DNA of 64,000 nt from Orbicella franksi. Taxonomy: Eukaryota. Position numbers and translations under genes: made by a program. The stretch covers positions 37,200,001 to 37,264,000 of the forward strand of contig OZ116699.1 of NCBI GenBank assembly GCA_964199315.1, written 5' to 3'. Below are positions 60,900 to 64,000 of the stretch, one piece after another. The stretch's first letter is position 1; each line of letters begins with the position of its first letter. The notes beneath the pieces are model-generated. The model was not told the origin of the DNA and did no database searches. It worked only from the letters and a program-made list of their open reading frames with translations.

Positions 60900-60934
60900 T
60901 TCCGGGAAATTAGTTTTCCGTGGAAACCAAAACC
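60900..60934 (+). promoter_or_regulatory. GAS (STAT) element plus IRF-like motif upstream of E2-like 2
   Basis: TTCCGGGAA (60900-60908) and GGAAACCAAAACC (60922-60934), 135-170 bp 5' of the ATG at 61068. Confidence 0.4.
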
Positions 60935-60956
60935 AGTACAAGAGCTCTCGTATCAC

Positions 60957-61060
60957 CGTCGCTCTCACCGAAGCGTTCAGTATTGTGTTCTCCGTCGCTC
61001 TCACCGAAGCGTTCAGTATTGTGTTCTCCGTCGCTCTCACCGAGGCGTTCAGTACTATAT
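60957..61060. repeat. 36-bp tandem repeat x3 directly 5' of E2-like 2
   Basis: CGTCGCTCTCACCGAAGCGTTCAGTATTGTGTTCTC at 60957 and 60993, and a variant at 61029. Confidence 0.9.
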
Positions 61061-61067
61061 TCGCATC

Positions 61068-61514
61068 ATGCCTTGGTCAGCATCTCAACAAACGAGGCTT
61101 GGATACGAGAAACAGTTGCTTGAGCAGTATTTTCGCGGAAACCGTGCGACTTGGATCGATCCTACTGGTAACACCAGAGTTGAAATTAGAGTAACATGCT
61201 CCAGTAACAGAGAGTACACCTTGAGGATTTATATTCCAGTCGACTTCCCTAATGCATGCCCTCAAATGGTCGTTTGCAACCCTTCCCATTGCTTGGTGAA
61301 ACGTAACGGGACCGTGATGAATTTTCCAAACGATGACGACCACACTTGGGGAAGCAAAGATGGCTGCACGCAGATTTGTCATTACAAGCCAGCAGAGTGG
61401 ACAGATGACAACACGCTATACCAAGTGACCATGAAAGGTTTGATTTGGCTGGAGGCTTACGAGGCTCATCTCCGTACTGGAAATTCTCTCAGTAATTACT
61501 TACAACACTACTAG
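61068..61514 (+). CDS. Intronless non-canonical E2/UBC-fold-like protein 2, 148 aa
   Basis: Paralog of 53710-54153, starting at the homologous MPWS; the last 53 aa are identical. Confidence 0.8.
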   Translation: MPWSASQQTRLGYEKQLLEQYFRGNRATWIDPTGNTRVEIRVTCSSNREYTLRIYIPVDFPNACPQMVVCNPSHCLVKRNGTVMNFPNDDDHTWGSKDGCTQICHYKPAEWTDDNTLYQVTMKGLIWLEAYEAHLRTGNSLSNYLQHY

Positions 61515-63825
61515 ACCCAGAGGACAATCGCAACATTTAAAATTGGATGACAAAGTAGCGAAATGATCTGTGAAACTTTCACCTGGTTGGAACAGTTAGA
61601 AATTGCTTGGCATACCGTATAATATTATCATTCTGTAATATCCAGGAAAGCAGTTGTTTAGTTTTATTAGGTTATAAGCTTTGTAAAAGGCTTAGAAAAG
61701 TGCGGTTGTATTTCTGTATCACTACTGTTCTATGCACTTTCAGTCCCATGTTAATTAATATGGTACAAAGAATTGAAAGTTCCTGCTTTTCTTGGAAACA
61801 CCATCTGAGACCCAGTTGATATATCGCATCAAAGTAAACACGAAATAGAGTAAATTTCTTTTATCCCTTTGAAACGTTTACTGAGACTATGTACGATGAA
61901 TAAAATCCATTAACTGTCTCAAAAAGGCTCGGATTTGCAGAGAAATGGCGAAAAAAAAGGGTGGTATTTCAGACGAAGTAATATTACAATGGCATGCAGG
62001 GGAGTGGAGTTGGGGCCGGGGACGCTTTAGTGATCAAATTTAAAATGACTACCGATGGTAAAACGTTAGACATTATTACGGCCAACTCTAGCCCTCGTGT
62101 GACGGGAAAGCCCTAACCAAGTATTTTACTTCCCTACAAGACGAAATAGATAGTATCAGAATTGATACATAGCCCACCCACCCCCTCCCCTCTCCCCAAC
62201 CGGGAAAGTTTCGTCCAAATGAAAGACCTAAATTCAGAAAATAAAAATAAATGTCTGGATCAAACTCGAATATCGTATTGTTGTTTGCGTATCGATAGGT
62301 TTTTTACATCCTTCCTAGGTTTTATATCTTTATACAAGAACAACAGTCTGATAAGCAGACTGGGAAACTTCGAGCACGTGTGCTAAATTTTTGTAAATAT
62401 TAGTCCGAACAGATTGAGAAAAATCAAAAGAATAGGCCACTTTCGATATATTAAAATTCAGCTAGATAATGAGGTTTAGAGGACACAAACAAAATATATG
62501 AATAAACATGTCGTTAAATTTCCTTTGTTTTTGTCCCCTAGGCCTTACTGCCAAGCTGAATTTTAATATATCGAAAACAGTATATTGTCACATTTTTTTA
62601 GTGTAAATTTCCCAGAAAGATCGCGGCTTCGTTAAGATCAACTTGCGTATGCATCGTTGTCTAAGAAATGCGATGTTCATAAAAAGTGCTTTAGAAAATA
62701 GCAGAAGTCAATTTTTCTGTGACAAATAAAATTCATCATTAATATCAGAAAACTGTCACGCCGTAGTCAAAAGCGGAAAGCATTAAGCAATCCATGATTG
62801 CATGCGAAGGCATTGGTGTTTCAAGATTTCAATTCATCGCTTTGTATCGGTAGACCAGTATACGTACCTGGAGGAAAGGCCATGTTTGACTGTTGGTGAA
62901 AGCATTTCTCGCCCGGATAATTTTATTTTTCAGCTTTTTCTCAATGAAAGTGTTGTGAGTGGAATAACACACCAGCCGCAGTATAGTATACCCTGAATTT
63001 CAGTCGTGAGTCATCGCCTCAGTATTTCGTCAATGATTATTTTATCCTGCATCAAAACGCAGAAAGATGAATATTTTAATGTTACATATAAGATTTTTCT
63101 TCGGTTCTTCTATGAATGCCGTCGCTCGGGGCAAAAGTTTCTTTCTATAATATAACTAGAGTATCAGGAAGAAAACTTGATTTGACCTGAAAAAAATTCA
63201 ATTTCTGTTACACAGTTGACCTCCTATTTCACAGGTTAATCTGTTTCACGCAAACTGTTGACCGTAACTATATGTATCCAAGTCTCTTTTAATCCCGATC
63301 TTCAAAATAATTAAGCTAACAGCAGAGGAGAGGTCTTTTTACGATGAGGTAATGCAGACGACACATGGTTTCCGAGAATAAGCTTTCGGGGAAGTCCCTA
63401 AATTTGCCCTGACATGTGCCGAATATGTGCTGTCACTGTGCTGTGTCTCTGCATAAATAAGTAGGGGTTTCCCAGTCTGAATTCCAAGAATCTACACTTT
63501 CTTAAGACACACTTTTCTATTTCTGTCGTGTGTATCGACAGGATCTGACTTAGGTCACGTGCTTTCCGAGAATGAAAGGCCTAAATTTTGCCTTGACGAG
63601 AGCTGAATATTTTAAGTGCTAACCAATGACATGTTTCCGCATAACAATTAGGGGGTTCCCCCTTCTGAATTCCGAGAATCGACATTTCAAGGAAACGCTT
63701 AGGTTGCATTTCTGTCCTGTGTATCGACAGGATTGAGCTTCAATTTGTGAGTCTTCTCTATATACAGAATAATAAGGCAACCAAAAGTACATTGAATCAA
63801 AATCTTTATAAAACGAAATTCGATT

Positions 63826-63955
63826 ATGAAGTGTAGTAAAGCAATCTCCAAGGAGAAACTACGGATCATTGCAGGAGCAGTCGTGTTGGTAATAACTGTT
63901 TTGGCTGTGTCTCTTGTCGTCATATTTGAGATTCGTAAATCTCCTGATGAGGAAG
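63826..63955 (+). CDS. First coding exon of a type-II membrane-anchored protein continuing beyond the window
   Basis: MKCSKAISKEKLRIIAGAVVLVITVLAVSLVVIFEIRKSPDEE followed by phase-1 donor G|GTAGGT. Confidence 0.55.
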
Positions 63956-64000
63956 GTAGGTACATATATGCAGCAGTGGTAAACATATAACTTAGTAAAT

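Noticed and set aside
60873-61067. 65-aa N-terminal extension of E2-like 2 as the main product
   Set aside because: The paralog starts at the homologous MPWS; the extension consists of putative promoter motifs and a tandem repeat.

Overview
AT-rich eukaryotic DNA, most likely a stony coral (inferred from minicollagen-type Cys domains, tRNA-derived SINEs and many MITEs). Most ORF-track entries are spurious because the real genes are spliced; gene models below were built by hand from splice sites and phase. Two gene blocks stand out. (1) 5-41 kb, minus strand: three tandem secreted modular genes (A 5085-11842, B 16454-21248, C 23710-41199). Each ends in an exon encoding two CxxxCxxxCxxxCxxxCC domains plus a KR/basic tail, but the N-terminal modules differ: WSC-like + mucin repeats in A, WSC-like + SEA in B, bacterial-type CBM38-like + SEA in C. 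A possible fourth gene starts at about 742. (2) 43-62 kb: two apolipoprotein-L-like genes alternate with two intronless non-canonical E2 (UBC-fold) genes, and their upstream regions carry NF-kB, ISRE and GAS-like motifs, suggesting an inducible innate-immune cassette. Also present: a 5.9-kb CACTG-type element containing a 0.9-kb palindrome, a decayed Gypsy element, SINEs, MITEs and minisatellites. No homology searches could be run, so family names come from motif recognition.
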